Positions 27,042 through 36,793 of a stretch of 64,000 bases of DNA are shown one piece after another. The position numbers were made by a program, and so were the translations under genes. A model generated the notes under the pieces. It was given only the letters and a program-made list of their open reading frames with translations, did not search any database and had not been told where the DNA came from. Source of the stretch: an uncultured Ruminococcus sp. GTDB lineage: Bacteria > Bacillota > Clostridia > Oscillospirales > Acutalibacteraceae. Each line of letters starts with the position of its first letter. Positions within the stretch are counted from its first letter, which is position 1. The DNA lies in assembly GCA_902786345.1 (NCBI GenBank), contig CADACB010000010.1, positions 34,723 through 98,722 on the forward strand, read 5' to 3'.

Positions 27042-27595
27042 AGTTTTTCCTCCAGATTTCTGGTAATTATCTCTTTTAATTTTATCGCAGCTGCCCTGGC
27101 ATCCCTGAGGGTAGCGCCTTCTGTATAAAACGGCTCTGATATTCTTACTGTTATTCTTGAAAAAAGACGTATTTTACCCTCTGTGTATATTGACACAGGA
27201 ATAATACCCGCACCCGTTTTAGCAGCAATAAGTGCTGCACCTGCCTTTGGCTCAAAGCTGTCAATTTTTCTGACTATTTTCCCTTGAGGAAAAATACCTA
27301 CTATTTTTCCTGCTGACAAAAGCTCCGATGCTTTATCTGCCGATTTTAGATCAGCGCTGTTTCTTTTTACAGGAAAAACTCCACAGGCTTTCATAAAAAA
27401 AGAAACAAAAAATCCGCGTCCGGTAAAAAACTCCGATTTTGCCATAAAATGTATCTTTCTTCTGAAACCAAACCCCAGAATAACAGGATCAAAATAGCTT
27501 ATATGATTAGAACACAGCACAAAGCCGCTTTTTGGAACATTTTCCCTTCCGATGTATTTTATCCTGAAAAAGGGACGTATCAGTATCAGTGCCAT
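27038..27595 (-). CDS. 1-acyl-sn-glycerol-3-phosphate acyltransferase (PlsC family), copy 2
   Basis: HX4D motif in CSNHISYFDP. It overlaps the ispH start by 4 nt. Confidence 0.8.
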   Translation of the reverse strand: MALILIRPFFRIKYIGRENVPKSGFVLCSNHISYFDPVILGFGFRRKIHFMAKSEFFTGRGFFVSFFMKACGVFPVKRNSADLKSADKASELLSAGKIVGIFPQGKIVRKIDSFEPKAGAALIAAKTGAGIIPVSIYTEGKIRLFSRITVRISEPFYTEGATLRDARAAAIKLKEIITRNLEEKL

Positions 27596-27615
27596 AAATC
27601 TGAAAATGTGATAAA

Positions 27616-28230
27616 TTATTTTAAATCATTCTCTCTGAGTTTTTTTATTTCAGCCATTATTTTTCGGCTGGCATTACGGAATTCTTCACCTGTTCCGTTT
27701 TTAAAGCCAAGTTCTTCGGGACTTAAGGGTTTTCCCCATGATACAGTAAGTTTTTGGAAAAGCTTTACCTTTTTGTTTTTCGGAGTTATACAAACCGGTA
27801 TAACAGGAACATTCATTTGCTGAGCTATCGTAGCTGCTCCCGACTTTGGTCTTAAAAACTCTCCTGTCTTTGAGCGTGTACCTTCTATGAATATTCCCAG
27901 CAGCCGTCCGTCTTTGATGACCTCTTCCGCCTCATTGATTGCTTTTCCGTCACCCGCTCCTCTTGTAACGGGAAATGCCCCAAGCTTTCGTATCAGCCAT
28001 GAGAAAAATTTATTTTCAAAAAGCTCTGCCTTTGCCATATAGTATATCTGACGTTTTTGAGTGAGTGCCAGTATTACAGGATCATAATTTGACAGGTGAT
28101 TTGAACAGACAATATAAGCTCCTTTTTTGGGAAGATTTTTCTTACCGTTAACTTTGTAAAAAAACAATAGCTTAAAAATCGGTATTGCAAGAATTCTTCC
28201 GATAACGTATATAGGATGTCTGCGTTTCAT
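27616..28230 (-). CDS. plsC: 1-acyl-sn-glycerol-3-phosphate acyltransferase (PlsC family), copy 1
   Basis: HX4D motif in CSNHLSNYDP, plus FIEGTRS and PVIPV blocks. Confidence 0.85.
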   Translation of the reverse strand: MKRRHPIYVIGRILAIPIFKLLFFYKVNGKKNLPKKGAYIVCSNHLSNYDPVILALTQKRQIYYMAKAELFENKFFSWLIRKLGAFPVTRGAGDGKAINEAEEVIKDGRLLGIFIEGTRSKTGEFLRPKSGAATIAQQMNVPVIPVCITPKNKKVKLFQKLTVSWGKPLSPEELGFKNGTGEEFRNASRKIMAEIKKLRENDLK

Positions 28231-28892
28231 ATAGTCTTCTCCTTTATAATGCTTATAATTGCTTCCACAGATTGCTCAAGAGTCATATCGGTCGTATCAA
28301 CTGTAACCGAATCCTCTGCAGCCTTCAGCGGTGCAGTTTTTCTGTGTGTGTCATTATAATCTCGCTGTACTATATCGAACAAAACCTTATCAAAATCGGC
28401 GGGCATACCGCTTTCCTCAAGCTGCAGAACACGTCTTTTCGCTCTTTTTTCGGGTGATGCCGTAAGAAATATTTTTACATCTGCATTAGGCAGCACAACC
28501 GTACCTATATCCCTTCCGTCCATTATAACATTATCATTGCGTGCAAAGCTTCGCTGCAACTCAAGAAGAAATTCTCTTACGGAAGGTATTGCTGAAACAG
28601 CCGAAGCTGCCATTGAAACATTTTCAGCACGTATCTCATCTGTTACATCATTATCATCAAGAAGAATACGCTGTGACCCGTTAAAGAATATAAGTCTTAT
28701 ATCAATATCGGGCAGAAGCTTTTCTACTGCTTTTGCATCAGTTGTGTTGACATTATTTTTTATACACGAAAGTGCTACAGCACGATAAAGCGCACCCGTA
28801 TCAATATAAATATATCCTAAGCTTGCCGATGCTGCTTTCGCTATTGTACTTTTTCCTGCTCCGGCAGGTCCGTCAATTGCAACCGCTATCAT
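28227..28892 (-). CDS. cmk: Cytidylate kinase
   Basis: IAIDGPAGAGKST P-loop and typical Cmk length and layout. Confidence 0.95.
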   Translation of the reverse strand: MIAVAIDGPAGAGKSTIAKAASASLGYIYIDTGALYRAVALSCIKNNVNTTDAKAVEKLLPDIDIRLIFFNGSQRILLDDNDVTDEIRAENVSMAASAVSAIPSVREFLLELQRSFARNDNVIMDGRDIGTVVLPNADVKIFLTASPEKRAKRRVLQLEESGMPADFDKVLFDIVQRDYNDTHRKTAPLKAAEDSVTVDTTDMTLEQSVEAIISIIKEKTI

Positions 28893-29131
28893 AATAATTG
28901 CCTCCGTTCGGGAATTTTATACGTTCATTATAACAGCTTTAGTTAAAAATTACAATGATTTTATGCGGATTAAAAAACAACATACAGATCAAATTTTTTA
29001 TCATACAATATCAAATATACCAAAACAGACCGGAAGTGCAGACACTGCTCCGGATAAAAATTTCAGCTTGTATTCTGGCGGAAGATATGTTAAATTTTAT
29101 TTATAACATTTAATTTGTCAGGAGGATGAAA

Positions 29132-29725
29132 ATGAGCGTTTTTCATTTTTTTGCTATTATGTCACGTATGAAATATATAAACCGATGGTCACTTATGAAT
29201 AACACAAGATATGAAAATATCAGCGAACACAGTCTGACAGTATCAATGCTCGCTCATGCGCTTGCTGTGATAAGCAACAAAAGACTCGGAAACAATATAG
29301 ACGCTGAACACGCTGCGGTAATTGCTATGTTTCACGACTGCACTGAAATAATTACCGGAGATCTTCCCACGCCTATAAAATATTCGAGCCGTTCAATGAG
29401 AAACGCTTATAAAAATATAGAATATGAAGCTTCACAGCAGCTTCTTTCAGCATTGCCGGATTATATGAAGGACGAATATAAGACGCTATTGACACCGGAA
29501 AAAGACGATCCTCATATGCTCAGGCTGATCAAAGCCGCTGACAAACTGTCAGCACTTATAAAATGTATTGAAGAGGAACAAATGGGAAATACTGAATTCA
29601 GTAAGGCAAAAACAGAAATACGTACCGCGCTTGACAAAATGCAGCTTCAGGAAGTAAATATATTTATAGAGGAGTTCTTACCCTCATATAGTCTGTCTCT
29701 TGATGAACAGAACATTGCTCTGTAA
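29132..29725 (+). CDS. YfbR-like HD-domain 5'-deoxynucleotidase
   Basis: RWSLMNNTRYENISEHSL and MFHDCTEIITGDLPTP are typical of YfbR. I chose the ATG at 29132, 7 nt after AGGAGG. Confidence 0.8.
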   Translation: MSVFHFFAIMSRMKYINRWSLMNNTRYENISEHSLTVSMLAHALAVISNKRLGNNIDAEHAAVIAMFHDCTEIITGDLPTPIKYSSRSMRNAYKNIEYEASQQLLSALPDYMKDEYKTLLTPEKDDPHMLRLIKAADKLSALIKCIEEEQMGNTEFSKAKTEIRTALDKMQLQEVNIFIEEFLPSYSLSLDEQNIAL

Positions 29726-29927
29726 TATACTTAATGTTATGATGATAATTAACAATTAATTGTCCTATTTTTCGTCAAAAAATATATATTACGACATTTT
29801 TTTATTTTTTATTTGATTATACAGATGTTCTGATATATAATATTACGAAAAAGTCAAAAATACAGTTTTTTAAAAACTGTATTCTATATTTCGTTATGTA
29901 ATTACTTGCTTTAAAAGGAGATTTTAT

Positions 29928-31382
29928 ATGTCGTCAGAAAATAAAGAACAGAAAAATCATCTCAGAAGCAACCCGGAAAATATAAGCTCGGGTAAACCAC
30001 ATACAGAATCCGATAATATTGTTTTTTACAATAATGATACAAGTCAGAAAAATAAACAGTCATTGCCTCAAAGAACAGTCAAAACAAATAAAAAGCCAGC
30101 CGGAAATACACAGGATGTATCAAATTCAAAGCAGAAGCCAAAACCTGCTTCAGTGAATGCTGCAAGAAAAGGTAAGCTTTCTAAAAAACGTGTAGCTGTT
30201 AATGTAGTTGCTTCTGTATTCAGTGTTCTTTTTATCATAGCCGGTATTTTGTCTCTTGTTGCATATACTTATTTTCACAGAATAAAATATGAAGCACTGA
30301 CTGATATTAACAACGAAACAAACAGTAATAATATTGAACAACAAGTATCACGATCAGAAACATCAAAATCTCAGGTTGAAACCTATAGCGGCAACCTGCT
30401 TGAAGACCCGATGGTACTTAATATTATGCTTTTTGGTGCTGACACCCGTAAAGGTGCAGAAAAAGGAAATTCGGATACAATGGTATTGTTCTCGATCGAT
30501 ACAAGGCATAAAAAAATGAAAATGCTTTCATTTATGAGAGATACCTATGTAGATATTCCGGGACACGGTGAAAACAGAATAAACGCATCATATACTTTGG
30601 GCGGGGCTTCCCTTTCGGTAAGTACTATTCAGAAAAATTACGGTATTAAGGTAGACAGATATGCTGTGGTGGATTTTTCAAGCTTCCGTGAAATAATCAA
30701 TATTTTAGGCGGCATTGATGTTGAACTGACCTCTGAGGAAGTAGATTACATCAACTGGCAGTCCTGGATCAACGATCAGGATGAATACAAAGAAGCCGAA
30801 GGAGATTACAAAGAGGCAGTTCGCTCACAACTAAGAGGTGTGTGGTTGTCAAACATACCCGAATATGAAAAGCCTATCAACAAGGATTCGCTCTCTTTCA
30901 CCCAGAAGGATAATAACGAGCCTACAGCAATAGTTCATCTTGACGGACGTCAGGCACTCTGGCACGCAAGAAACCGTGGTGAGGATGGTATATGCAGCGG
31001 TGACGATTTTACAAGAACACAGCGTCAGAGAAATGTTTTGAGCATTATTATAAATGATATGAAAAAGGCTGACATAGGTACGGTTATGTCTGTAATTTAT
31101 GAGATAGGTCCGCTTATAACAACAAACGTAAAAACCTCAGAAATAACCGCTCTTGCTTCTAATATTTCAAAATATCTTTCTTATGAAATAATATCAGAAT
31201 CTGCTCCTCTTGTTAATGAAATAGGTTCTACTTTCTTCTTCTCTGATAATTATGAAAGACCTGTATACATCAATGGTGAATTATCATCCGTCATCCTTAT
31301 TAATGATTGGAATGATTTCAGAAGAAAAATAGCTGAATTTATTTTTGAGGATCAGGTACAAAGTATTAAAAATTCAGGTTAA
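29928..31382 (+). CDS. LytR-CpsA-Psr (LCP) family protein
   Basis: Basic cytoplasmic tail and a TM segment, then the LCP core LFGADTRKGAEKGNSDTMVLFSID...RDTYVDIPGHGENRINASYTLGG. Confidence 0.88.
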   Translation: MSSENKEQKNHLRSNPENISSGKPHTESDNIVFYNNDTSQKNKQSLPQRTVKTNKKPAGNTQDVSNSKQKPKPASVNAARKGKLSKKRVAVNVVASVFSVLFIIAGILSLVAYTYFHRIKYEALTDINNETNSNNIEQQVSRSETSKSQVETYSGNLLEDPMVLNIMLFGADTRKGAEKGNSDTMVLFSIDTRHKKMKMLSFMRDTYVDIPGHGENRINASYTLGGASLSVSTIQKNYGIKVDRYAVVDFSSFREIINILGGIDVELTSEEVDYINWQSWINDQDEYKEAEGDYKEAVRSQLRGVWLSNIPEYEKPINKDSLSFTQKDNNEPTAIVHLDGRQALWHARNRGEDGICSGDDFTRTQRQRNVLSIIINDMKKADIGTVMSVIYEIGPLITTNVKTSEITALASNISKYLSYEIISESAPLVNEIGSTFFFSDNYERPVYINGELSSVILINDWNDFRRKIAEFIFEDQVQSIKNSG

Positions 31383-31388
31383 GTTATA

Positions 31389-31422
31389 AATGACAGGTGA
31401 AGCTTCGCCTGTCATTTGCTGT
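31389..31422 (+). terminator. Hairpin after the first LCP gene
   Basis: Stem aatgacagg / cctgtcatt followed by tgctgt; the T tract is weak. Confidence 0.45.
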
Positions 31423-31443
31423 ATATAAACGAAGGTGATATAC

Positions 31444-32592
31444 TTGCAGTCCAACAACAATAAAAAACATTTTCAGAATGCCGAAACACACGAATCATAT
31501 CAGGAACGCATATTTAACGATGACTATGGTGACGATTATTCCTCAGATACAAAAAACAGGCATAACAACGGCAGTATCCCCCACAAATATGATGCTCCAA
31601 TATACCGCAAAAGAAAACCAATGCGAATTATCATCAGAATTATTATAGTATTGCTGATATTAACTATATTATTGTTTGCCGCATTCATAACAATGATCGT
31701 AATGAGAGTCAATTATACAAACAATCACCCTGACAGTGATTATATAAGCAGCATTGCAGGAGAACTAAAAACTGACAGCAATATAGAAAATATTATGCTG
31801 TTTGGTACTGACAATCATAAAGAGGATGAATATGGAAGATCGGATTCAATGATATTGATTTCTGTAGATAAGAAAAATAAAACAATCAAGCAAACCTCAT
31901 TTCTGAGAGACCTTTATGTAGAAATACCCGGATATGGAACAGATAGACTTAATGCTGCATTCGCACTTGGAGGCGCTAAGCTTGCAGCAGAAACTATCGA
32001 ATATAATTTCCGGATAAAAATTGACAGCTATGCGGTTCTTGATTTTTCGGGATTCACTGCAATAATTGACGCAGCCGATGGAATAGAGCTGGAGCTTACT
32101 GAGGAAGAAATTGACTATATAAACTGGCAGTGCTGGCGTAACAAACAAGTCGAAACAAGAAATGAGTTAGACGTCAACAGTTATACTTTTTATTACAATG
32201 ATAACGAAGAATATGTTGCAAATGTCAAGCTCAATGGCAGACAGGCACTGTGGTACGCCCGTGACAGAGACAGTGCAGGCTCTGACTTTGACAGAACAAA
32301 ACGTCAGAGGATTGTTATAGGAAATTTAATTGAAAAAATGAAAACAAGCAGTCCAATCACTCTTATGAAAGCTGCTTTTTTAGCGGCTCCTATGATAACA
32401 ACCGATATGTCAGGAGATGATGTACTCGGAAAGCTTTTTTCACTGCCCGGTTATTTAAAATATAACAAAAGTGAATATCGTATTCCCCGTTCCGATAACT
32501 TCTATAATGACTATGTTAACGAGGCTGCCGTCCTCAAAATTGAAGATAATGAATATGAAATTCAAAAGCTGTATGAATTTATTTACGAATAA
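31444..32592 (+). CDS. LytR-CpsA-Psr (LCP) family protein, second copy
   Basis: LFGTDNHKEDEYGRSDSMILISVD...RDLYVEIPGYGTDRLNAAFALGG. The start is either TTG at 31444 or GTG at 31435 (GAAGGTGA RBS region). Confidence 0.85.
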   Translation: MQSNNNKKHFQNAETHESYQERIFNDDYGDDYSSDTKNRHNNGSIPHKYDAPIYRKRKPMRIIIRIIIVLLILTILLFAAFITMIVMRVNYTNNHPDSDYISSIAGELKTDSNIENIMLFGTDNHKEDEYGRSDSMILISVDKKNKTIKQTSFLRDLYVEIPGYGTDRLNAAFALGGAKLAAETIEYNFRIKIDSYAVLDFSGFTAIIDAADGIELELTEEEIDYINWQCWRNKQVETRNELDVNSYTFYYNDNEEYVANVKLNGRQALWYARDRDSAGSDFDRTKRQRIVIGNLIEKMKTSSPITLMKAAFLAAPMITTDMSGDDVLGKLFSLPGYLKYNKSEYRIPRSDNFYNDYVNEAAVLKIEDNEYEIQKLYEFIYE

Positions 32593-32622
32593 AATACTAT
32601 CCGGAATCCTTTAAAAATATTA

Positions 32623-32663
32623 AAGCTGCCGCACTCCGTATTTCTGCTTATGTGCGGCAGCTT
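32623..32663. terminator. Hairpin between convergent genes (LCP and lipoprotein)
   Basis: 12-bp stem aagctgccgcac / gtgcggcagctt; flanks are AT-rich rather than clean T tracts. Confidence 0.5.
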
Positions 32664-32763
32664 AAATTATATATAATTATTATCAGATCATACAAAATGC
32701 TGTACAATTCAATTGTTTTCTGTCTTTATAACTCTTATATCAAGTAAAAAATAATCTGACAAA

Positions 32764-33276
32764 TTACTGGTTATTTGCAGTATCACCGACATTATCTGCG
32801 GCATTTTCAACCGTATCGCCTGCGTTATCAGCAATATTGGAAACTGTATTTCCTACATTGCTTGTTACATTTGAAACAATATCACCGGCATTGCTTGTGA
32901 TATTTGATGCCGCATTACCTACATTGTCTGCTGCATTGTCGATAATATCACCTGCGTTTTCAGCTGCATTGTCAACTGTGTTTCCTGCATTATCGGCAGA
33001 ATTGTCAGCTGTATTTCCTGTATTATCAGCATTACTTACGGTATTATTTTTATTTTCTACCATATCATCTGTATCGCCTATTATACCGTTACCGTCTGTT
33101 ACCTGACCGTTACTCGGCTGGGTTACCGTACTTGAATTAACATCGGCATTCGGCAGCTGTGACGCTGACGGTACTGATGATGTATTTTCGGGTGCAGTAT
33201 CCTCGTTTGTTTTACAAGCCGCAAGGCTCATACAAAGAGCAAACAGCATTCCGGCAGCAATAATTTTTTTCTTCAT
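32764..33276 (-). CDS. Lipoprotein with a low-complexity N/D/G/T/V repeat region
   Basis: Signal peptide with lipobox SLAAC. The C-terminal two thirds consist of degenerate units of about 8 aa (ADNAGNTV, DNAAENAGDII, SNVTSNVGNTV...). Confidence 0.7.
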   Translation of the reverse strand: MKKKIIAAGMLFALCMSLAACKTNEDTAPENTSSVPSASQLPNADVNSSTVTQPSNGQVTDGNGIIGDTDDMVENKNNTVSNADNTGNTADNSADNAGNTVDNAAENAGDIIDNAADNVGNAASNITSNAGDIVSNVTSNVGNTVSNIADNAGDTVENAADNVGDTANNQ

Positions 33277-33446
33277 AATCTTACTCCTTTTTTAATTATT
33301 ACAAGGATATTATTATCTCTGCCATTAAAATTTATGTACGGAAAAATTTTGAAATTAAAGTTCAAAAATACAGCTTGCCGCAATCACTTGACGTAACGGA
33401 TGAAGTAGAGTAAAATAATTAAAAAGACAAGGAGTGGAATTATAGT

Positions 33447-34046
33447 ATGCAAAACACAATAATCTGCATATCAAGAAGCTATGGCAGCGGTGGAAGAGCT
33501 ATCGGAAAATTAATTGCCGAACATATGAATCTGCCCTTTTATGACAGAAATCTTATATATATGGCATCAGAAAAAAATAATATTGATTTGAATTTACTTG
33601 CTGTGAATGATGAAAGCTTAAATAAAAATTTCAGCAATTTCCGGATTCCTGATGAAAAAAACAAATACATTTCAAAAGAAAATATTTTTTTGTGCCAGTC
33701 AAAAATAATTAAAGAAATCTCTGATAAAAACAGCTGCATAATAATAGGAAGATGTGCAGGTCACATACTCAGAAACACCCCACATAAGGTTCTCAGAGTG
33801 TTTATATGGGCACCCGAACACAGTTGTATAGATACCGTTATGAAAAAATTTAATATAAACGAATCAGAAGCATCTAAAATAATAAAACAAATAAACAAAC
33901 ATCGTGAAGATTATTATAAGCACCATACCAAATCATCACGCTCAGACGCACGTAATTATGATCTTTGTATTGACACATCAAGAATGACTTATGAAAACGC
34001 TGCTAAGGCTATTGAAGAATACTCTTCAATATTTTCAGGACTATAA
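33447..34046 (+). CDS. Cytidylate kinase-like family (P-loop) protein
   Basis: IICISRSYGSGGRAIGKLIAEHMNLPFYDRNLI is typical of the Cytidylate_kin2-like family. AAGGAG RBS. Confidence 0.8.
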   Translation: MQNTIICISRSYGSGGRAIGKLIAEHMNLPFYDRNLIYMASEKNNIDLNLLAVNDESLNKNFSNFRIPDEKNKYISKENIFLCQSKIIKEISDKNSCIIIGRCAGHILRNTPHKVLRVFIWAPEHSCIDTVMKKFNINESEASKIIKQINKHREDYYKHHTKSSRSDARNYDLCIDTSRMTYENAAKAIEEYSSIFSGL

Positions 34047-34052
34047 AATTAA

Positions 34053-34093
34053 AAAACTGCCGTGAGAATATAGCTTACGGCAGCTTTTTGTTT
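34053..34093. terminator. Bidirectional terminator between the kinase-like gene and ddh
   Basis: Stem around ctgccgt / acggcag, flanked by aaaaa and ctttttgttt. Confidence 0.65.
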
Positions 34094-34108
34094 ATGAGCT
34101 TTTACATA

Positions 34109-35095
34109 TCAAAGAAATTGTGATCTGAGTTCCTCGGGAGACTGCCTGCAAAGATAAGACGGCGGAATATCAAGAACTGTTTTACAGCCTCTTGCACCTT
34201 CATCAAACATTTTCTTTAATGCCCTTGCATACGCGATTATAACACTTGTTGTGAATTCGGGATTTGAATCAAGCTTTATACTATACTCTATAATATGCTT
34301 GTTTTCTTTGTTTACACCTGTTTTACCGGATCTGAATACAAAACCTCCGTGTGACATACCGCTGTGATCTTTTATAAATTCATCCTCATCTATGAAATGT
34401 ACTACTGTATTGTAATCAGCAAAATAATTAGGCATTTCTTTGATTTCTTTTTCAACCATTGCAGCATCCGCACCCGGCTCAAGAACAACAAAACATTCTC
34501 TTATATGCTTGTCTCTTGTTTTAAGCTCCGGATTTTTTCCGCTTCTTACAGCTTCGAGTGCTTCTTCTGACGGGATAGTATATTGTTTTGCATTTTTTAC
34601 ACCTTTGATCCTGCGAACCGCATCAGAATGTCCCTGACTTACACCCTTTCCCCAGAATGTATAATCTTTTCCGTCAGGAAGAATTGCATTTGCATACACC
34701 CTGTTTAGCGAAAACATACCCGGATCCCAGCCTACAGCTATAAATGCAAGATGTCCCCCCTCTTTTGCAGCAGCGTCAACATTGCTGAAATGCTCCGGAA
34801 TTTTTGCATGTGTATCGAAGCTGTCTATAACATTAAACAGCTTTGCATATTTTGGTGTCTGAACCGGAAGATCGGTTGCACTTCCTCCGCACAGAACCAA
34901 TACGTCAATTTTATCTTTCCAGTCTTCTATTACATCTGCACTTAAAACCGGTACTCCGGCAGTCAAAATTTTCACATCATCAGGATCTCGTCTTGTGAAT
35001 ACGGCAGCCAGCTCCATATCATCGGAATCTGCAACAGCTATTTCTGTTCCCTTGCCTATATTTCCATAACCTAAAATTCCTATTCTTGTTTTCAC
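34109..35095 (-). CDS. ddh: meso-Diaminopimelate D-dehydrogenase
   Basis: GILGYGNIGKG Rossmann motif and GWDPGMFSLNRVYANAIL...FWGKGVSQGHSDAVRRIKGV closely resemble Corynebacterium Ddh as I remember it. Confidence 0.88.
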   Translation of the reverse strand: MKTRIGILGYGNIGKGTEIAVADSDDMELAAVFTRRDPDDVKILTAGVPVLSADVIEDWKDKIDVLVLCGGSATDLPVQTPKYAKLFNVIDSFDTHAKIPEHFSNVDAAAKEGGHLAFIAVGWDPGMFSLNRVYANAILPDGKDYTFWGKGVSQGHSDAVRRIKGVKNAKQYTIPSEEALEAVRSGKNPELKTRDKHIRECFVVLEPGADAAMVEKEIKEMPNYFADYNTVVHFIDEDEFIKDHSGMSHGGFVFRSGKTGVNKENKHIIEYSIKLDSNPEFTTSVIIAYARALKKMFDEGARGCKTVLDIPPSYLCRQSPEELRSQFL

Positions 35096-35305
35096 AACAG
35101 TTCTCTCCTTTTCAATATTTTTTCTAGATATAGTATAAAATTAAATTTCTGTTATGTCAATATAATTAATGTCAGCATAAATCATCTTTATCAATTTTGA
35201 TATAAAATCAGCCAATAAACAAACAAGATTTTATTTTGTGTATATTGAGAATTTGGTTTAAATATGGTATACTTTATTGAAATGATCATATAACGGAGGA
35301 TAACT

Positions 35306-36484
35306 ATGAAGATGAATAAAATAAAACTTATTGCTCTCTTGCTTTTTGCGACAACAACACTTGGAATTTTTAATGCGTGTTCAGGAGGTAACAATAAATC
35401 TGAAAACAGCAGCAAATCAGGCACTTCAACTCTAAGTTCTGCTGAAGAAATTGAAAACAAGTCTTCTGAAAACGATAATACAGACAAAACCGGATCAAGC
35501 AGTGAATCCAAAGAAAGCAGTCAGGCTGACGATCCGACTGATGAAAAAGAAAAAGGCTCTGTTCCTGCAATACCAACATCCGATGATAACGGTCAGGTAA
35601 TTGAAGGTATAATTGTATATAACAAAGCATTGTTTGAAAGATTCTATGGCTATGATGATCTTGCAAATGATTATGCCGATACAATGTTAAAAATACATAC
35701 AGCACTTGGCAATGATGTAAAAATATATAACGTACTCGTTCCGACTCACTGCGGAATCTCTCTTCCGGACAGCGTTGTTGAAGAAAACGGACTTGAAGAT
35801 CAAAATGAATACATAAATACTATTATTAAAAAATATTCTGCTGATTCCGAGAATCCAATCGTAGGTATAAACACCTATGATACTCTTATGCACCACAGAG
35901 ATGAATATATTTATCTCAATACTGATCACCATTGGTCCGCTCTTGGTGCATATTATGCATACAAAGATTTCTGTAAGGCAGCAGGCGTTGATTATTTAAG
36001 GCTTTCTGATATGGAAAAGGGTGAAATCAATGACTATTACGGCAGCCTGACAGCTTATGTTGACAGCTCATATGTTGATCCCGACACAGTTGAATATTAT
36101 AAAACAAATAAGGACATTACTACAAAGGTTTATGAAAACGATGGCAGCGGCGGTACAGACACCTCACTTATCCACAGCTATGCCGACAGCAGCTTTGCAT
36201 ATGGTGTATTCCTTGGCGGAGATAACGGGCTTATGGTTAGCAAAAACAATGACGGCAACGGTAAAAAAATTGCTGTTGTAAAGGAATCATATGGCAATGC
36301 ATTCTGCCCGTATATTGCTTATACATACAGTGAAACCCATATGATCGATTTCAGATATATTACCTTTGATTTTGAACAATATCTCAAGGATAACGATATT
36401 CACGAGGTAATTTTTATCAATAATGCAATGGCAACAGCAACTCCTGCAAGATGTGAGGAGCTTAGTGCATTGGTTTCTGAATAA
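35306..36484 (+). CDS. DHHW-family lipoprotein (orphan copy)
   Basis: Lipobox GIFNAC, a Ser-rich linker and the NTDHHWSALGAYYAYKDF signature. Confidence 0.85.
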   Translation: MKMNKIKLIALLLFATTTLGIFNACSGGNNKSENSSKSGTSTLSSAEEIENKSSENDNTDKTGSSSESKESSQADDPTDEKEKGSVPAIPTSDDNGQVIEGIIVYNKALFERFYGYDDLANDYADTMLKIHTALGNDVKIYNVLVPTHCGISLPDSVVEENGLEDQNEYINTIIKKYSADSENPIVGINTYDTLMHHRDEYIYLNTDHHWSALGAYYAYKDFCKAAGVDYLRLSDMEKGEINDYYGSLTAYVDSSYVDPDTVEYYKTNKDITTKVYENDGSGGTDTSLIHSYADSSFAYGVFLGGDNGLMVSKNNDGNGKKIAVVKESYGNAFCPYIAYTYSETHMIDFRYITFDFEQYLKDNDIHEVIFINNAMATATPARCEELSALVSE

Positions 36485-36513
36485 TTTATATGAAATAATC
36501 TTTATCATTAAAA

Positions 36514-36547
36514 GCATCGGATATAAATAACATCCGGTGCTTTTTTA
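36514..36547 (+). terminator. Intrinsic terminator after the DHHW gene
   Basis: Stem gcatcggat / atccggtgc followed by ttttttat. Confidence 0.75.
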
Positions 36548-36793
36548 TCCGCTTATACTACTCACTTTAAACGACAATATTGTCAGAGCTTTGCCCTGAA
36601 ACTCACCAAAGGGGCTGCCAGCTTCATTACATTTCGCATAACTTCCGACAGCCAATCAGCGTTCGCTTTCAGCTCTGCTTCTTAGGTAGTCAGATATTGT
36701 CCCTTGGAACACCCGGCAGGGACGAAATCCCTGTACCCTTCAAATTGTTTTGCTTATAGTTTTTCTGCCGTTTTAAAAGAAAATAGTATTAAT

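Noticed and set aside
27038-28230. Tandem PlsC-family acyltransferase paralogues
   Set aside because: Both keep the HX4D motif and sit in the usual cmk-plsC-ispH operon context. This is ordinary paralogy with nothing unusual visible.
32837-33106. 89-aa plus-strand ORF inside the repeat lipoprotein gene; similarly 35191-35511 (-) and 36704-36910 (+)
   Set aside because: These are antisense or intergenic artefacts of repetitive or low-complexity DNA. They have no RBS and no recognisable protein features.
36548-36793. Identification of the GC-rich intergenic region as SRP RNA, 6S RNA, tmRNA, RNase P RNA or a known riboswitch
   Set aside because: I could not find the conserved SRP helix-8 GGAA/AGCAGC motifs, the RNase P GAGGAAAGUCC box, a tmRNA 3' end or a riboswitch core. 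It lies downstream of both flanking genes, so I report it only as an unclassified candidate.
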